Notes under the pieces: generated by a model
The model's database searches: none
What the model was told of the DNA's origin: nothing
The model's input: the letters and a program-made list of their open reading frames with translations, nothing else
Made by a program: the position numbers and the translations under genes
In this document: positions 44,886 to 57,761 of the stretch, piece by piece
Layout: the number at the start of each line of letters is the position of its first letter
Numbering within the stretch: the first letter of the stretch is position 1
Assembly (NCBI GenBank): GCA_022827725.1
Contig: JAJEIJ010000038.1
Location: forward strand, 13,324-77,323
DNA length: 64,000 bases
Source of the DNA: Acidimicrobiia bacterium
GTDB lineage: Bacteria > Actinomycetota > Acidimicrobiia > Acidimicrobiales > Bin134
Reading direction: 5' to 3'

Positions 44886-46133
44886 ATGTGGCCCACTAAC
44901 GGCAACGACCCGGTTTTCGACATGATCAACCGAGAGGTTGAGCGCCAGAACACCACCGTGCAGCTCATCGCCTCGGAGAACTTCGCTTCGCCCGCGGTTC
45001 TTTCGGCTACTGGATCGGTGCTCACCAACAAGTACAGCGAGGGGTATCCCGGTCGGCGCTACTACGGCGGAAACATGGTGATCGACGAGGTGGAATCCAT
45101 CGCCCGGGAGCGGGCTACGGCCTTGTTCGGGGCCGACCACGCCAACGTGTAGCCCCACTCGGGGGCCAACGCCAACGTGGCCGCCTACCTGGCCGTGCTG
45201 GAAGCGGGCGACACCGTGCTGGGCATGAGCCTGGACCACGGCGGTCACCTCACTCACGGCTCGCCGGTGAACATCAGCGGGCGCACCTACCGGTTCGTGG
45301 CCTACGGCGTGACCCCCAGCGATGAGCGCATCGACTACGACCAGATCCGGGACCTCGCCCTCGAGCACCGGCCCAAGCTCATCGTGGCCGGCGCCACCGC
45401 CTATCCCCGCATCATCGACCCGGCGCCGTTCCGCACCATCGCCGACGAAGTGGGCGCCCTGTTCATGTTCGACGCGGCCCACATTGCCGGGCTGATCGCC
45501 GGCGGCGTCCATCCCAACCCGGTGCCCCATTCCGACATCGTCACCTTTACCACCCACAAGACGCTGCGCGGACCCCGAGGCGGGGCCATCCTGTGTACCC
45601 AGGATCTGGCCCCGGCCATCGACAAGGCCCTGTTCCCCGGTCTCCAGGGTGGTCCGCTGGAGCACGTGATCGCGGCCAAGGCGGTGGCCTTCGGCGAGGC
45701 TGCCACTCCCGAGTTCGCCGACTATGCCGCTCGTATCGTGGAGAACAGCGGAGTGCTGGTCAAGGGGCTGGCCGAGGAGGGATTCCGCCTGGTGTCGGGG
45801 GGCAGCGACAACCATCTGCTTCTGGTGGATCTGCGGACTTTCGACGAAGACCTCACGGGGAAGGTGGCCCAAGAAGTGCTCGACCGGGCTGGGATCACCC
45901 TCAACAAGAACACCGTGCCCGACGACCCCCGCTCTCCATTCGTGACCAGCGGGGTGCGAATCGGTACTCCGGCCACCACCACCCAGGGCATGGGTCCGGC
46001 AGAGATGGGCCTCATCGCCGGCATGATCGGCCAAACGCTGCGCCGGCGCGACGACGAGGATGCGGTGGCCGACGTCCGAGCGGAGGTTGCCGACCTCTGC
46101 GGGCGGTTCACCCCCTATTCACTGGCCGGTTAG
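44886..46133 (+). pseudogene. glyA: Serine hydroxymethyltransferase interrupted by one in-frame TAG (45150-45152) at the conserved Gln of the ANVQPHSG motif
   Basis: Track ORFs 44853..45152 and 45177..46133 are in the same frame. The sequence reads GCC AAC GTG TAG CCC CAC TCG GGG (A N V * P H S G). The rest is full-length SHMT ([28 protein letters not shown]). The start could be GTG 44883 or ATG 44886. Confidence 0.85.
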
Positions 46134-46145
46134 CCAACCGGTGTC

Positions 46146-47252
46146 ATGCCCCCCGGTGTCGACAGCTATCTGACGGTCTTCGCGGTGGCCGCCGGGGTGA
46201 CAATGGCGATCACTCCGGTGATGCGCCGGATCAGCGAGCGCTGGGGCCTCATGGTGGAGCCCGATCCCCGGCGGGTCCACGAGCAGTCCACCGCAGTGCT
46301 TGGCGGCGTGGCCATGTTCATCGGATTTCTGGCGGCAATGGGCACCGCCTGGCTGCTGAGCGATTTCGACGTGGTGTTCGCCACCGCGTCGGAGCCGGTG
46401 GGAATCGTGATCGCCGCGCTGGTGATGATCGTGTTCGGCACCTACGACGACGTTAGGGAGATGTCAGCCCCGGCCAAGGTGGCCTCCATGGTGCTGGCCG
46501 GCAGCATCCTGTCGTTCGCCGGGGTGACGGTGCTGAACCTGCGGCTGCCGGTGCTCGACGCGCTGATCCTGTCGCAAGACCTGGCTTTCGTGGTCACGGT
46601 GCTGTGGTTGGTGGCCATCGTCAATGCCATCAACTTGATCGACGGCTTGGACGGTTTGGCCGCGGGCATTGTGGGCATCGCCGGTCTCACGTTCTTCGTG
46701 TACTCCATCAAGCTCACCGATGAAGAGGTGCTGTTGGCCAACAACATCGGTCCGCTGGTGGCCATCATTGCCAGCGGGGTGGCGGTGGGTTTCCTGCCCC
46801 AGAATTTCCATCGGGCCCGCATCTTCATGGGCGACGGCGGCGCGCTATTCCTGGGCACGCTGCTGGCCGCCTCCACGGTGTCGGTGGGAGGGCGCAGCAG
46901 CGAGCCGTTCGCGGGGCAGACCTATTTCTTGTTCGCTCCCATGCTCATCCCCTTGATCATCCTGGCGGTGCCGGTGGTAGACGTGCTGTGGGCGGTGCTG
47001 CGGCGGACTCGGGCCCGCACCAGCATCACCACCCCCGACAAAGAGCATCTGCACCACCGGCTGATGAGCCTGGGCCACGGCCACCGCCGCAGCGTGCTGA
47101 TCCTGTGGCTGTTCACCGCCCTGATGTCCACCCTGGTGCTGTATCCCACCTACTCCGGGGAAGGGGAGGTGATCATGGCGCCGGCCGCCGCGGTGCTGGT
47201 GTTGATGCTCTACACCGTCTTCCACCCCATTCTGCGCCGCCGTACCCCTTGA
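46146..47252 (+). CDS. Polyprenyl-phosphate GlcNAc-1-phosphate transferase (WecA/Rfe, MraY-like GT4 family)
   Basis: 368 aa, polytopic, with NAINLIDGLDGLA and the HHLHHRL region. Sits at the Rv1302-equivalent position upstream of the atp operon. Confidence 0.85.
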   Translation: MPPGVDSYLTVFAVAAGVTMAITPVMRRISERWGLMVEPDPRRVHEQSTAVLGGVAMFIGFLAAMGTAWLLSDFDVVFATASEPVGIVIAALVMIVFGTYDDVREMSAPAKVASMVLAGSILSFAGVTVLNLRLPVLDALILSQDLAFVVTVLWLVAIVNAINLIDGLDGLAAGIVGIAGLTFFVYSIKLTDEEVLLANNIGPLVAIIASGVAVGFLPQNFHRARIFMGDGGALFLGTLLAASTVSVGGRSSEPFAGQTYFLFAPMLIPLIILAVPVVDVLWAVLRRTRARTSITTPDKEHLHHRLMSLGHGHRRSVLILWLFTALMSTLVLYPTYSGEGEVIMAPAAAVLVLMLYTVFHPILRRRTP

Positions 47253-47362
47253 ACCTCTCTCTGCGCAGCCAGCTTGATGATTTGGCCCTGTAGCCTGGTT
47301 CGCGAAACCATTTCGGCGAGGCCAATCCGCTTGCCATAGGGGCCCAATTCGTGCCAACTGCA

Positions 47363-47641
47363 ATGACGCAGAATCGCCAGCTACACGACCGCCAGAGCGC
47401 GGGAGACGCCCTCTCCATCGCTTTTGAGCTTGTGGCCACACCAGCGGTTTTCGCCTTCTTCGGCTGGCTCATCGATCGTGCCCTCGACACCCAGCCGATA
47501 TTCACGCTGGTGTTGTGTCTCTTGACCGCGGTCTACGCCGGATGGAAGGCCGTAAGGACCTATAGCGATCGCATGGAGGCCCTCGACCGGAACTTGCCTA
47601 GCCGGCGGGTTGATTCTGAGACTGAGGCCGCTGATGGCTGA
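47363..47641 (+). CDS. AtpZ/AtpR-like small membrane protein preceding the ATP synthase operon
   Basis: ORF from GTG 47351 / ATG 47363. Two TM helices. Position and size are typical of the first small atp-operon gene. Confidence 0.5.
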   Translation: MTQNRQLHDRQSAGDALSIAFELVATPAVFAFFGWLIDRALDTQPIFTLVLCLLTAVYAGWKAVRTYSDRMEALDRNLPSRRVDSETEAADG

Positions 47642-48071
47642 GCGAGTGTCGGAAACGGGCGAAGAGGCGCCGGAGCGGGCGGTAGCACACGACATCATCC
47701 GCCGAGGGTTGATCGGGGGTCCGGTGCTGGTGGGGGTGTGCGCCGGGGTATGGGGCTTCGACGGTCTGTGGTCGAGCAGCTTCGCCCTTGGCTTGATCCT
47801 GTTCAACTTCTGGCTGGCTGCCTCACTCATCACCTGGTCGATGCGGATTTCCCCCACCATGCTGATGGCCGGGGTGATGGGCGGCTACTTCATTCGCCTG
47901 GGCATTCTCACCGGGGCCTACTTCTTGGTGAGGAATGCAGGCTGGTTTGAGGCGCTGCCGTTTGTCATCACCTTGGTCGCGGCCCATATTGTTCTGCTCG
48001 TTTGGGAGACCCGGTATGTCTCCATGTCCCTCGCTTACCCCGGCTTGAAGCCACAAGGAGCCACTCAGTGA
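47634..48071 (+). CDS. atpI: ATP synthase protein I-like membrane protein
   Basis: ATG 47634 lies just before the upstream stop (47639-47641). Four hydrophobic segments. The stop overlaps the atpB GTG (GTGA at 48068-48071). Confidence 0.55.
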   Translation: MAERVSETGEEAPERAVAHDIIRRGLIGGPVLVGVCAGVWGFDGLWSSSFALGLILFNFWLAASLITWSMRISPTMLMAGVMGGYFIRLGILTGAYFLVRNAGWFEALPFVITLVAAHIVLLVWETRYVSMSLAYPGLKPQGATQ

Positions 48072-48832
48072 ACGTGTTTGCCCTGGACTTTCCGCCGGTC
48101 TCGCAACTCTTCAATTGGCCGGACTTCTTGTTCACCGACACACCGGTGGCCCTCAACAAGACCGGGTTGATCTATATCGCCGCGCTGTTACTGACCGCCG
48201 GGCTGTTCTGGGCTGCGGGCCGGCGCCGCGCGCTGGTGCCCACCGGGACGCAGACGGTTGTCGAGGCGAGTGTCGAGTTCGTGGAGAACAACATCGTCAT
48301 GCAGACCATCGGCCCCGACGGCCGCCGGTTCATGCCCTTCTTGACCACGATCTTCTTCTTCGTGCTCTTTAGCAACATCTTCGAGGTCGTACCGTTCATA
48401 CAGTTCCCGGCCAACTCTCGCATGGCAATCCCCCTCCTGCTTGCTCTGGTGGTGTGGGCCGTCTACCACGTGGTTGGGATTCGGGCCCAAGGCTTCTTTC
48501 AGTATTTCAAGAGCGCGCTGTTCCCACCCGGCGTACCCACGTTCCTCTATGTCCTAGTGGTGCCCATCGAACTGCTCCAGATCATTTTGATCCGACCTCT
48601 GTCGTTGGCCATCCGGCTCTGGGCCAATATGGTGGCCGGCCACCTGCTGCTCGTGACCTTCGCGGTGCTGTCGGCCGCCCTGTGGGGAACCCTCTACGTT
48701 CCCGCAGTGCTTCCGTTTGCCATGCTGATTCTGCTCACCGCGTTCGAGATCTTCGTCTCGGCCCTTCAGGCCTTCATCTTCACCATTCTCACCGCCGTGT
48801 ACATCGGCGGGTCCCTACACCCTGAGCATTAG
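48068..48832 (+). CDS. atpB: F0F1 ATP synthase subunit a
   Basis: GTG 48068 is preceded by AAGGAG 7 nt upstream. Conserved LSLAIRLWANMVAGH region with the essential Arg. Confidence 0.9.
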   Translation: MNVFALDFPPVSQLFNWPDFLFTDTPVALNKTGLIYIAALLLTAGLFWAAGRRRALVPTGTQTVVEASVEFVENNIVMQTIGPDGRRFMPFLTTIFFFVLFSNIFEVVPFIQFPANSRMAIPLLLALVVWAVYHVVGIRAQGFFQYFKSALFPPGVPTFLYVLVVPIELLQIILIRPLSLAIRLWANMVAGHLLLVTFAVLSAALWGTLYVPAVLPFAMLILLTAFEIFVSALQAFIFTILTAVYIGGSLHPEH

Positions 48833-49860
<1,028 letters not shown>

Positions 49861-49864
49861 GCCA

Positions 49865-50389
49865 ATGGCTGAGCGATCTGTCAGCTACGCCGACGCCGTG
49901 GCCGCCGTGGCCCGGGCCGAGGGCAACCTCGACGCGGTTTCTGACGAGCTTTTCCGCGTCGCTCGGGCGCTGGAGGGCTCCGACGAGCTGCGGATGACGC
50001 TGTCCGATCGGCAGGTCCCTGCTGCCCGCCGCCAGCAAATCGTGGAAGACCTTCTGGGCGGTCAGGCGTTGGAAACCACTACTGCGGTGGTGTCCATGAT
50101 CGTGGCCGCGGGGCGGTCGTCGGATCTGATCGGCATTGCCCGGGAGGCGGTGGAGATCAATGCTCGCGACCGAGGCCGCTCAGTGGCCGAGGTGCGTACT
50201 GCGGTGGCGCTGACGGGCGACCAGGCAGAGCGGCTGTCGGCTGCGCTGAGCGCGGCCACCGGCCATCAGGTGGACATCAAGGTGGTTGTCGACCCCAGCA
50301 TCATGGGCGGCGTGGTGGCCACCATCGGCGACGAGGTGATCGACGGATCAGTCCGCCACCGCCTGAGCCAGTTGCGGGACACCTTCTAA
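49865..50389 (+). CDS. atpH: F0F1 ATP synthase subunit delta (OSCP)
   Basis: ATG 49865, 4 nt after the atpF stop. 174 aa, OSCP-like (DPSIMGGVVATIGDEVIDGSV). Confidence 0.9.
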   Translation: MAERSVSYADAVAAVARAEGNLDAVSDELFRVARALEGSDELRMTLSDRQVPAARRQQIVEDLLGGQALETTTAVVSMIVAAGRSSDLIGIAREAVEINARDRGRSVAEVRTAVALTGDQAERLSAALSAATGHQVDIKVVVDPSIMGGVVATIGDEVIDGSVRHRLSQLRDTF

Positions 50390-50434
50390 TCCCGTGCACA
50401 CGAGTTTGATGAACATTTCTTACCGAGGAGAGCA

Positions 50435-52060
50435 ATGGCAGAACTGACCATCGACACCGGTTCCATCGCCGAAGCCATCCGCCGCAACCTTGAGGGGTTC
50501 CAACCTGAGGTCGAATTGGCCCAGGTGGGGCGGATCACCGAAGTGGGCGACGGTATCGCCCGCATCTCCGGGCTGCCCGGCGCGGCGGTGAACGAGATGC
50601 TTGAGTTTGAGAACGGGACCATCGGCTTGGCCCTGAACTTGGACGAGGACTCCATCGGCGCCGTGGTGCTCGGCGAGGTGGACGAGATCGAAGAGGGCCA
50701 GGCGGTCCGCTCCACCGGCGACATCTTGTCGGTTCCAGTGGGCGATGCCCTTTTGGGCCGGGTGGTGAACGCCCTCGGCGAGCCGGTGGACGGCAAGGGA
50801 CCCATCGTCGGCGCTGACACCCGCCGCATGGAGGTGCAGGCGCCCGGCATCACCGGCCGCAAGCCGGTGCATGAGCCCATTCAGACCGGCATCAAGGCCA
50901 TCGACTCGCTCATCCCCATCGGCCGGGGCCAGAGGGAGCTGATCATCGGCGACCGCAAGACGGGCAAGACCACGGTGGCCATGGACACCATCTTGAACCA
51001 GAAGGGTCAAGGGGTGAAGTGCGTATACGTGGCCATTGGCCAGAAGGCCTCCACTGTGGCCCAGGCGGTGGCCACTCTGGCCGAGCGGGGCGCCATGGAG
51101 TACACGGTGGTGGTGGTGGCCCCCGCCTCCGATCCGGCCCCGTTCAAGTACCTGGCCCCCTACGCCGGCTGCGCCATGGGCCAGCACTGGATGGACAACG
51201 GCGGACACGCGCTGGCGGTGTACGACGACCTGTCGAAGCAGGCCGAGGCCTACCGCCAGATGGCGCTGTTGCTGCGCCGTCCGCCGGGACGGGAGGCCTA
51301 CCCCGGAGACGTGTTCTACCTGCACAGCCGGCTGCTGGAGCGGGCGGCCAAGCTGAGCGACGAGCGGGGGGCGGGGTCGCTGACCGCGCTGCCCATCATC
51401 GAGACCAAAGCCGGTGACGTGTCGGCCTACATCCCCACCAACGTGATCTCCATCACCGACGGCCAGATCTTCTTGCAGGACGACCTGTTCAAATCGGGAG
51501 TGCGGCCCGCAGTAGACGTGGGTATCTCGGTGTCCCGAGTGGGATCGGCTGCCCAGATCAAGGCCATGAAGACCGCGGTGGGCACGCTCAAAGCCGACCT
51601 CCAGCAGTTCCGCGAGCTTGAGGCCTTTGCCGCTTTCGGCTCTGATCTGGACGCCGTGTCGCAGGCCCAGCTCGACCGGGGTTACCGCCTCACCGAGTTG
51701 CTCAAGCAGGGCATCCAGACGCCCATGCCGGTGGAAGAGCAGGTGGTGTCGCTGTATGCCGGCACCCGGGGCTACTTAGACAACATCCCCGTTGAAGACG
51801 TGGCCCGCTTCGAGTCTGAGCTGCTTGAGTGGGTCCGGGCCCGCAATGCCGACCTGATGTCGGCGGTAGTGGACACCGGAGCGGTGGACGAAGAGGCCTT
51901 GGAGGCCGCGGTTTCGGCCTTTGCCGCCCAGTTCGAGTCGTCGGCCGAGCCCGAGGGCGACGAGCCCGATGCCGAGGCACAGGCCGAGGCAGCATCCGGT
52001 GTGGTGGACGCCGACCACACGCTTCCCGAGACCGACATCCAGCGGCCCGAGGAAGACTGA
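50435..52060 (+). CDS. atpA: F0F1 ATP synthase subunit alpha with ~39-aa acidic C-terminal extension
   Basis: 541 aa. Walker A GDRKTGKT. The canonical end aligns near ...SAFAAQFES, followed by [14 protein letters not shown]...IQRPEED. Confidence 0.95.
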   Translation: MAELTIDTGSIAEAIRRNLEGFQPEVELAQVGRITEVGDGIARISGLPGAAVNEMLEFENGTIGLALNLDEDSIGAVVLGEVDEIEEGQAVRSTGDILSVPVGDALLGRVVNALGEPVDGKGPIVGADTRRMEVQAPGITGRKPVHEPIQTGIKAIDSLIPIGRGQRELIIGDRKTGKTTVAMDTILNQKGQGVKCVYVAIGQKASTVAQAVATLAERGAMEYTVVVVAPASDPAPFKYLAPYAGCAMGQHWMDNGGHALAVYDDLSKQAEAYRQMALLLRRPPGREAYPGDVFYLHSRLLERAAKLSDERGAGSLTALPIIETKAGDVSAYIPTNVISITDGQIFLQDDLFKSGVRPAVDVGISVSRVGSAAQIKAMKTAVGTLKADLQQFRELEAFAAFGSDLDAVSQAQLDRGYRLTELLKQGIQTPMPVEEQVVSLYAGTRGYLDNIPVEDVARFESELLEWVRARNADLMSAVVDTGAVDEEALEAAVSAFAAQFESSAEPEGDEPDAEAQAEAASGVVDADHTLPETDIQRPEED

Positions 52061-52126
52061 ATCCATGCCGGGTGAGCACCAGCCTGCTGATCGCCTGGTG
52101 GCGAGACGCGGCCCGGGGGTTGGGTA

Positions 52127-54504
<2,378 letters not shown>

Positions 54505-54506
54505 CC

Positions 54507-54764
54507 GTGGCCCTCACTGTCGAGCTCGTCTCCCCCGAGGAGATCGTCTACACCGGCGAAGCCGAGATGGTGGTGGCCCGCACCACCGACGGAGAGATCG
54601 CGTTCCAGCCCGGCCACGTGCCCTTCTTAGCCGTCCTGGTGCCCAGCGACGTGCGGGTGTACACCACCGACGGTGCCAAGACCACCATCGCCGTGGAGCG
54701 CGGCTTCGTAGAAGTCTCCCACGACACCGTCGCCCTACTTAGCGACTCCGCCATCGTCAGCTGA
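54507..54764 (+). CDS. atpC: F0F1 ATP synthase subunit epsilon, N-terminal beta-sandwich domain only (85 aa)
   Basis: GTG 54507, 2 nt after the atpD stop. The sequence ends (..ALLSDSAIVS*) where the C-terminal helical hairpin normally begins. The next gene starts 34 nt later. Confidence 0.85.
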   Translation: MALTVELVSPEEIVYTGEAEMVVARTTDGEIAFQPGHVPFLAVLVPSDVRVYTTDGAKTTIAVERGFVEVSHDTVALLSDSAIVS

Positions 54765-54798
54765 CCACTCGCTAGCTTGGCGGGGGAGTGATACAGGT

Positions 54799-55629
54799 TT
54801 GGGTGAGATGAGGATGCTCGGAAACAAGTTGGGAAGGTCGCGGGAGCCTCGGTGGGAGCGGGCGTTGGTCACTGGGGCGTCGACGGGGATCGGTCGGGCG
54901 ATGGCGGTGCAGTTGGCCGCTGCGGGGGTTGATTTGGTGTTAGTGGCCCGTAGCGGCGACCGACTAGAGGAACTGGCTGCTGAGTTGCGGGCCGGCGGGG
55001 GGCAATTGGACGTGGAGGTGATGGAGGCCGACCTGTGCGACCCGGAGGGATTGGCCGCGGTGGAGAAACGGGTGGTGGCCGAGGAGGCGCCCATTGACTT
55101 GCTGGTGAACAACGCCGGTTTGGGATATGAGGGGCTGTTTCACGCTCAAGATCTCGCTGAGGTGTCGGAGACCATCGATGTGAACGTGGTGGCGCTGGTG
55201 CGGCTGACCCATGCCGCGTTAGGACCGATGACCGCTCGGGACCGGGGCCAGGTCATCCTGGTGTCGTCCATGGCCTCGCTTCAGGGCATGCCGATGACTG
55301 CGGTGTACTCGGCCACCAAGGCGTTTATCACCAGCTTTGGCGAAGGCTTATACGAAGAGCACAAAGGTACTGGGGTAACGGTCACAACCGTGTTGCCCGG
55401 GTTGACCCACACGGAGTTTCACCAGCGGGGTCGCTGGGATTTGGATAGGTGGCCGTCGGTCGGATGGCAAGATGCCGATTCCGTGGCCTCAGTGGCGTTG
55501 TCCGCGGCGGCAAAGTCCCGGCCCGAGGTGATAAGCAGCTGGCAGAACCGGATGCTTGCCGTCTTGTCCAGCAAAGCGCCTCGGCATTTGCGACGGGCGA
55601 CCATCGGTTGGTTCTCCCGCCGCAGCTAA
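54799..55629 (+). CDS. Short-chain dehydrogenase/reductase (SDR) family oxidoreductase
   Basis: 276 aa with a TGASTGIG cofactor motif, NNAG, and YSATK (YxxxK). Confidence 0.85.
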   Translation: MGEMRMLGNKLGRSREPRWERALVTGASTGIGRAMAVQLAAAGVDLVLVARSGDRLEELAAELRAGGGQLDVEVMEADLCDPEGLAAVEKRVVAEEAPIDLLVNNAGLGYEGLFHAQDLAEVSETIDVNVVALVRLTHAALGPMTARDRGQVILVSSMASLQGMPMTAVYSATKAFITSFGEGLYEEHKGTGVTVTTVLPGLTHTEFHQRGRWDLDRWPSVGWQDADSVASVALSAAAKSRPEVISSWQNRMLAVLSSKAPRHLRRATIGWFSRRS

Positions 55630-55640
55630 GTTGCCTTCGT

Positions 55641-57719
55641 ATGTTCGCAAGGACTCCTGAAACGAACCCCAAACGGTGGCTCGGCTTTGTACTCGTGCTC
55701 GTTTTAGCCATCACGTTCGCTTGTTCGGATGACGATCCTGCCCCTGCCGCGTCGACACCCGAGGCGACTGTCGCGCCGGACACGGATTCCGAAGAGCCAG
55801 ATGCCGCCGAACCGACCGCCGAACCTACGGTTGCTCACCCCGAGCCAACCCCCGCGCCGACTGCCGAGCCGACGGCTACACCGCCCGTTCCGACCGCCGA
55901 GCCTGCCCCGCCCGACGACAGCGAGGCAATCGAGCCGGCGGGGCAGTCGGCTCTGGAGCAGCTCCGCCGGCGCATGGCGGCGGCGGCTCAGTTCGGGGGA
56001 CTTGTTCCGTCTATGGCCATCGTGGAGGAATTGCGCCGTAATGCCGAGGGGTTCTCCTATGAGATCGGCGAACACGGCGGCACGCTCACGGTGGCGACGA
56101 TCTCCGAGCCCCTCACGTTCAACCTCGCTCTGTCCAGGGATGCCGGATCGTCGAACGTGCTCGGGTACCTGTTCGAGGGCCTCACCGAAACCTCGTGGCT
56201 GAACGATGAGGTCGAGCCTCTGCTGGCCCAGTCGTGGGAGCGCTCCGACGACGGGCTTCGCTGGGTGTTCCATCTGCGCGACGACGTGCAGTGGCACGAC
56301 GGCACCCCATTCACCGCCCACGACGTGGAGTTTACGTTCAACCGCGTTATCTACAACGACGATTTCCAAGCGGCGAGCCGGGCTTCTTTCGAGTTCCGGT
56401 TCCTGAATGACGAGACCGGACAGTGGGAGCAGTCGCAGATGACGGTGGCAGCGCTGGACGACCACACCGTGGAGTTCGTCCTCCCGCAGCCGTTCGCGCC
56501 GTTCCTGCGCTCGTTGGGCACCGCCATCTACCCCAAACACATCCTGGAGGGTCCAATCGAGGCAGGTGCTTTTGCCGAGTTTTGGGACATCGACACTGAT
56601 CCTGCCGAGATCATCGGCACCGGCCCGTTCACCATCGGGGAGTACACCCCCGGCGAGCGTTTCGTCTTCGAGCGGAACCCCGACTACTGGCTCACTGACG
56701 ATGCCGGAGGGCGCCTGCCGTATCTCGATCGGGTGGTGCAGTTGATCGTGGAAGAGCTCGAAGACGAACTGGAATTGTTCCGCGCCGGCACCACCGATTT
56801 TCACGGCGTGCTGGGCGAGGAGTTCGCCGTGCTCGATCCCGTGGCCGATGTGGAGAACTTCACCCTGCATCGCCGCGGCCCCGGGTTCGGCACCAATTTC
56901 TTGGCGTTCAATCAGAACCCCGGGTCGAACGACGCGGGCGAGCCGTATGTCGATCCGGTGCAACTGCATTGGTTCCAGAACACGGCATTCCGACAGGCCG
57001 TTGCCCACACCATAAACAAAACAGGCATGATCGACGGAGTCCAGCACGGCTTGGGCTATCCGCAGTGGTCGTCGGTGAGCCCGGCGGCCGGCGACTTCCA
57101 CAATCCCGAAGTGCGCCAGTACGCCTACGACCTCGACCGGGCCAACGAGATCCTCGGCGAGATGGGTTGGGTAGACACCGACGGCGACGGTATCCGCGAG
57201 GACGATAAGGGCAACCCCGTCTCGTTCACGATGGTCACCAACGAGGGGAACAGCGTTCGCTCCGAGATCACCGGCATCATTCACGAGGGGATGACGGCGG
57301 TCGGCCTCGACGTTGATCTCCGCATCGTGGACTTCGGCGACATGGTGGCCCAGCTCACCGCCACCTACGACTGGCAGGCCATGGTGGTGGGGCTGACCGG
57401 CAGTCCCGACCCCTTCGGCGGCATGACCGTGTGGCACAGCGGCGAAGGTCTGCACCTTTGGCATCCGAATCAGCCCGAGCCCGCCACGGATTGGGAGGCG
57501 GAGATAGACGAGCTGTACATCGCCGGCAGCAAAGAGCTCGATCACGAGCAGCGGGTACAGCACTACTGGGATGCGCAGGCGATCGTCGCCGAGAACGTGC
57601 CGCTCATCTACACCACGCAGGGCGAGCGGTTGGGGGCGGTCCGCAACGTGTTCGGCAACACCACGCCGACGCTGTACGGCTACTGGGATCTCCGCTACCT
57701 GTACCGAACCGATCAGTAA
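55641..57719 (+). CDS. ABC transporter substrate-binding lipoprotein, family 5 (peptide/nickel, DppA/OppA-like)
   Basis: The track ORF starts at 55449, inside the SDR gene. ATG 55641 gives a signal peptide and lipobox (AITFACS), a Pro/Glu/Thr/Ala-rich linker and an SBP_bac_5-like body. No cognate permease or ATPase genes are adjacent. Confidence 0.8.
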   Translation: MFARTPETNPKRWLGFVLVLVLAITFACSDDDPAPAASTPEATVAPDTDSEEPDAAEPTAEPTVAHPEPTPAPTAEPTATPPVPTAEPAPPDDSEAIEPAGQSALEQLRRRMAAAAQFGGLVPSMAIVEELRRNAEGFSYEIGEHGGTLTVATISEPLTFNLALSRDAGSSNVLGYLFEGLTETSWLNDEVEPLLAQSWERSDDGLRWVFHLRDDVQWHDGTPFTAHDVEFTFNRVIYNDDFQAASRASFEFRFLNDETGQWEQSQMTVAALDDHTVEFVLPQPFAPFLRSLGTAIYPKHILEGPIEAGAFAEFWDIDTDPAEIIGTGPFTIGEYTPGERFVFERNPDYWLTDDAGGRLPYLDRVVQLIVEELEDELELFRAGTTDFHGVLGEEFAVLDPVADVENFTLHRRGPGFGTNFLAFNQNPGSNDAGEPYVDPVQLHWFQNTAFRQAVAHTINKTGMIDGVQHGLGYPQWSSVSPAAGDFHNPEVRQYAYDLDRANEILGEMGWVDTDGDGIREDDKGNPVSFTMVTNEGNSVRSEITGIIHEGMTAVGLDVDLRIVDFGDMVAQLTATYDWQAMVVGLTGSPDPFGGMTVWHSGEGLHLWHPNQPEPATDWEAEIDELYIAGSKELDHEQRVQHYWDAQAIVAENVPLIYTTQGERLGAVRNVFGNTTPTLYGYWDLRYLYRTDQ

Positions 57720-57737
57720 GCGGCTAGCCGAACACGT

Positions 57738-57758
57738 CCTGCCGCTTTCAGGGGCAGG
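57738..57758. terminator. Hairpin CCTGCC-N9-GGCAGG between convergent genes (possible bidirectional terminator)
   Basis: Read directly. Lies between the binding-protein stop (57719) and the glpX stop (57762). No clear U-tract. Confidence 0.3.
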
Positions 57759-57761
57759 GTG

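Noticed and set aside
45150-45152. The TAG in glyA as evidence for pyrrolysine or a reassigned genetic code
   Set aside because: TAG terminates several well-delimited neighbouring genes (etfA, lysA, murA, rpiB, the Rieske gene). No pyl genes are seen in the window. A point mutation or base-call error is the simpler explanation.
44760-46034. 424-aa minus-strand ORF antisense to rpiB/glyA
   Set aside because: It is a shadow ORF. The + strand encodes unmistakable RpiB and SHMT sequences.
35552-47343. Shared TTGCCAGT(A/T)GGG-like word upstream of hom (35552), rho (39661) and the atp operon (47331) as a common regulatory motif
   Set aside because: Only the rho copy has a convincing -10 at 17-nt spacing. 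The word is short, and TTGCCAGT also occurs inside coding sequence (for example near 38538), so chance or a generic -35 box is sufficient.
52076-52099. CACCAG-N12-CTGGTG hairpin in the atpA-atpG spacer as a terminator or processing site
   Set aside because: It has only a 6-bp stem and no U-tract. It lies inside an operon that must be read through, which is not enough to call a feature.
55704-57563. 619-aa minus-strand ORF antisense to the family-5 binding protein gene
   Set aside because: It is a shadow ORF with biased R/G/L/V/H composition. The + frame has a clear signal peptide, lipobox and SBP body.
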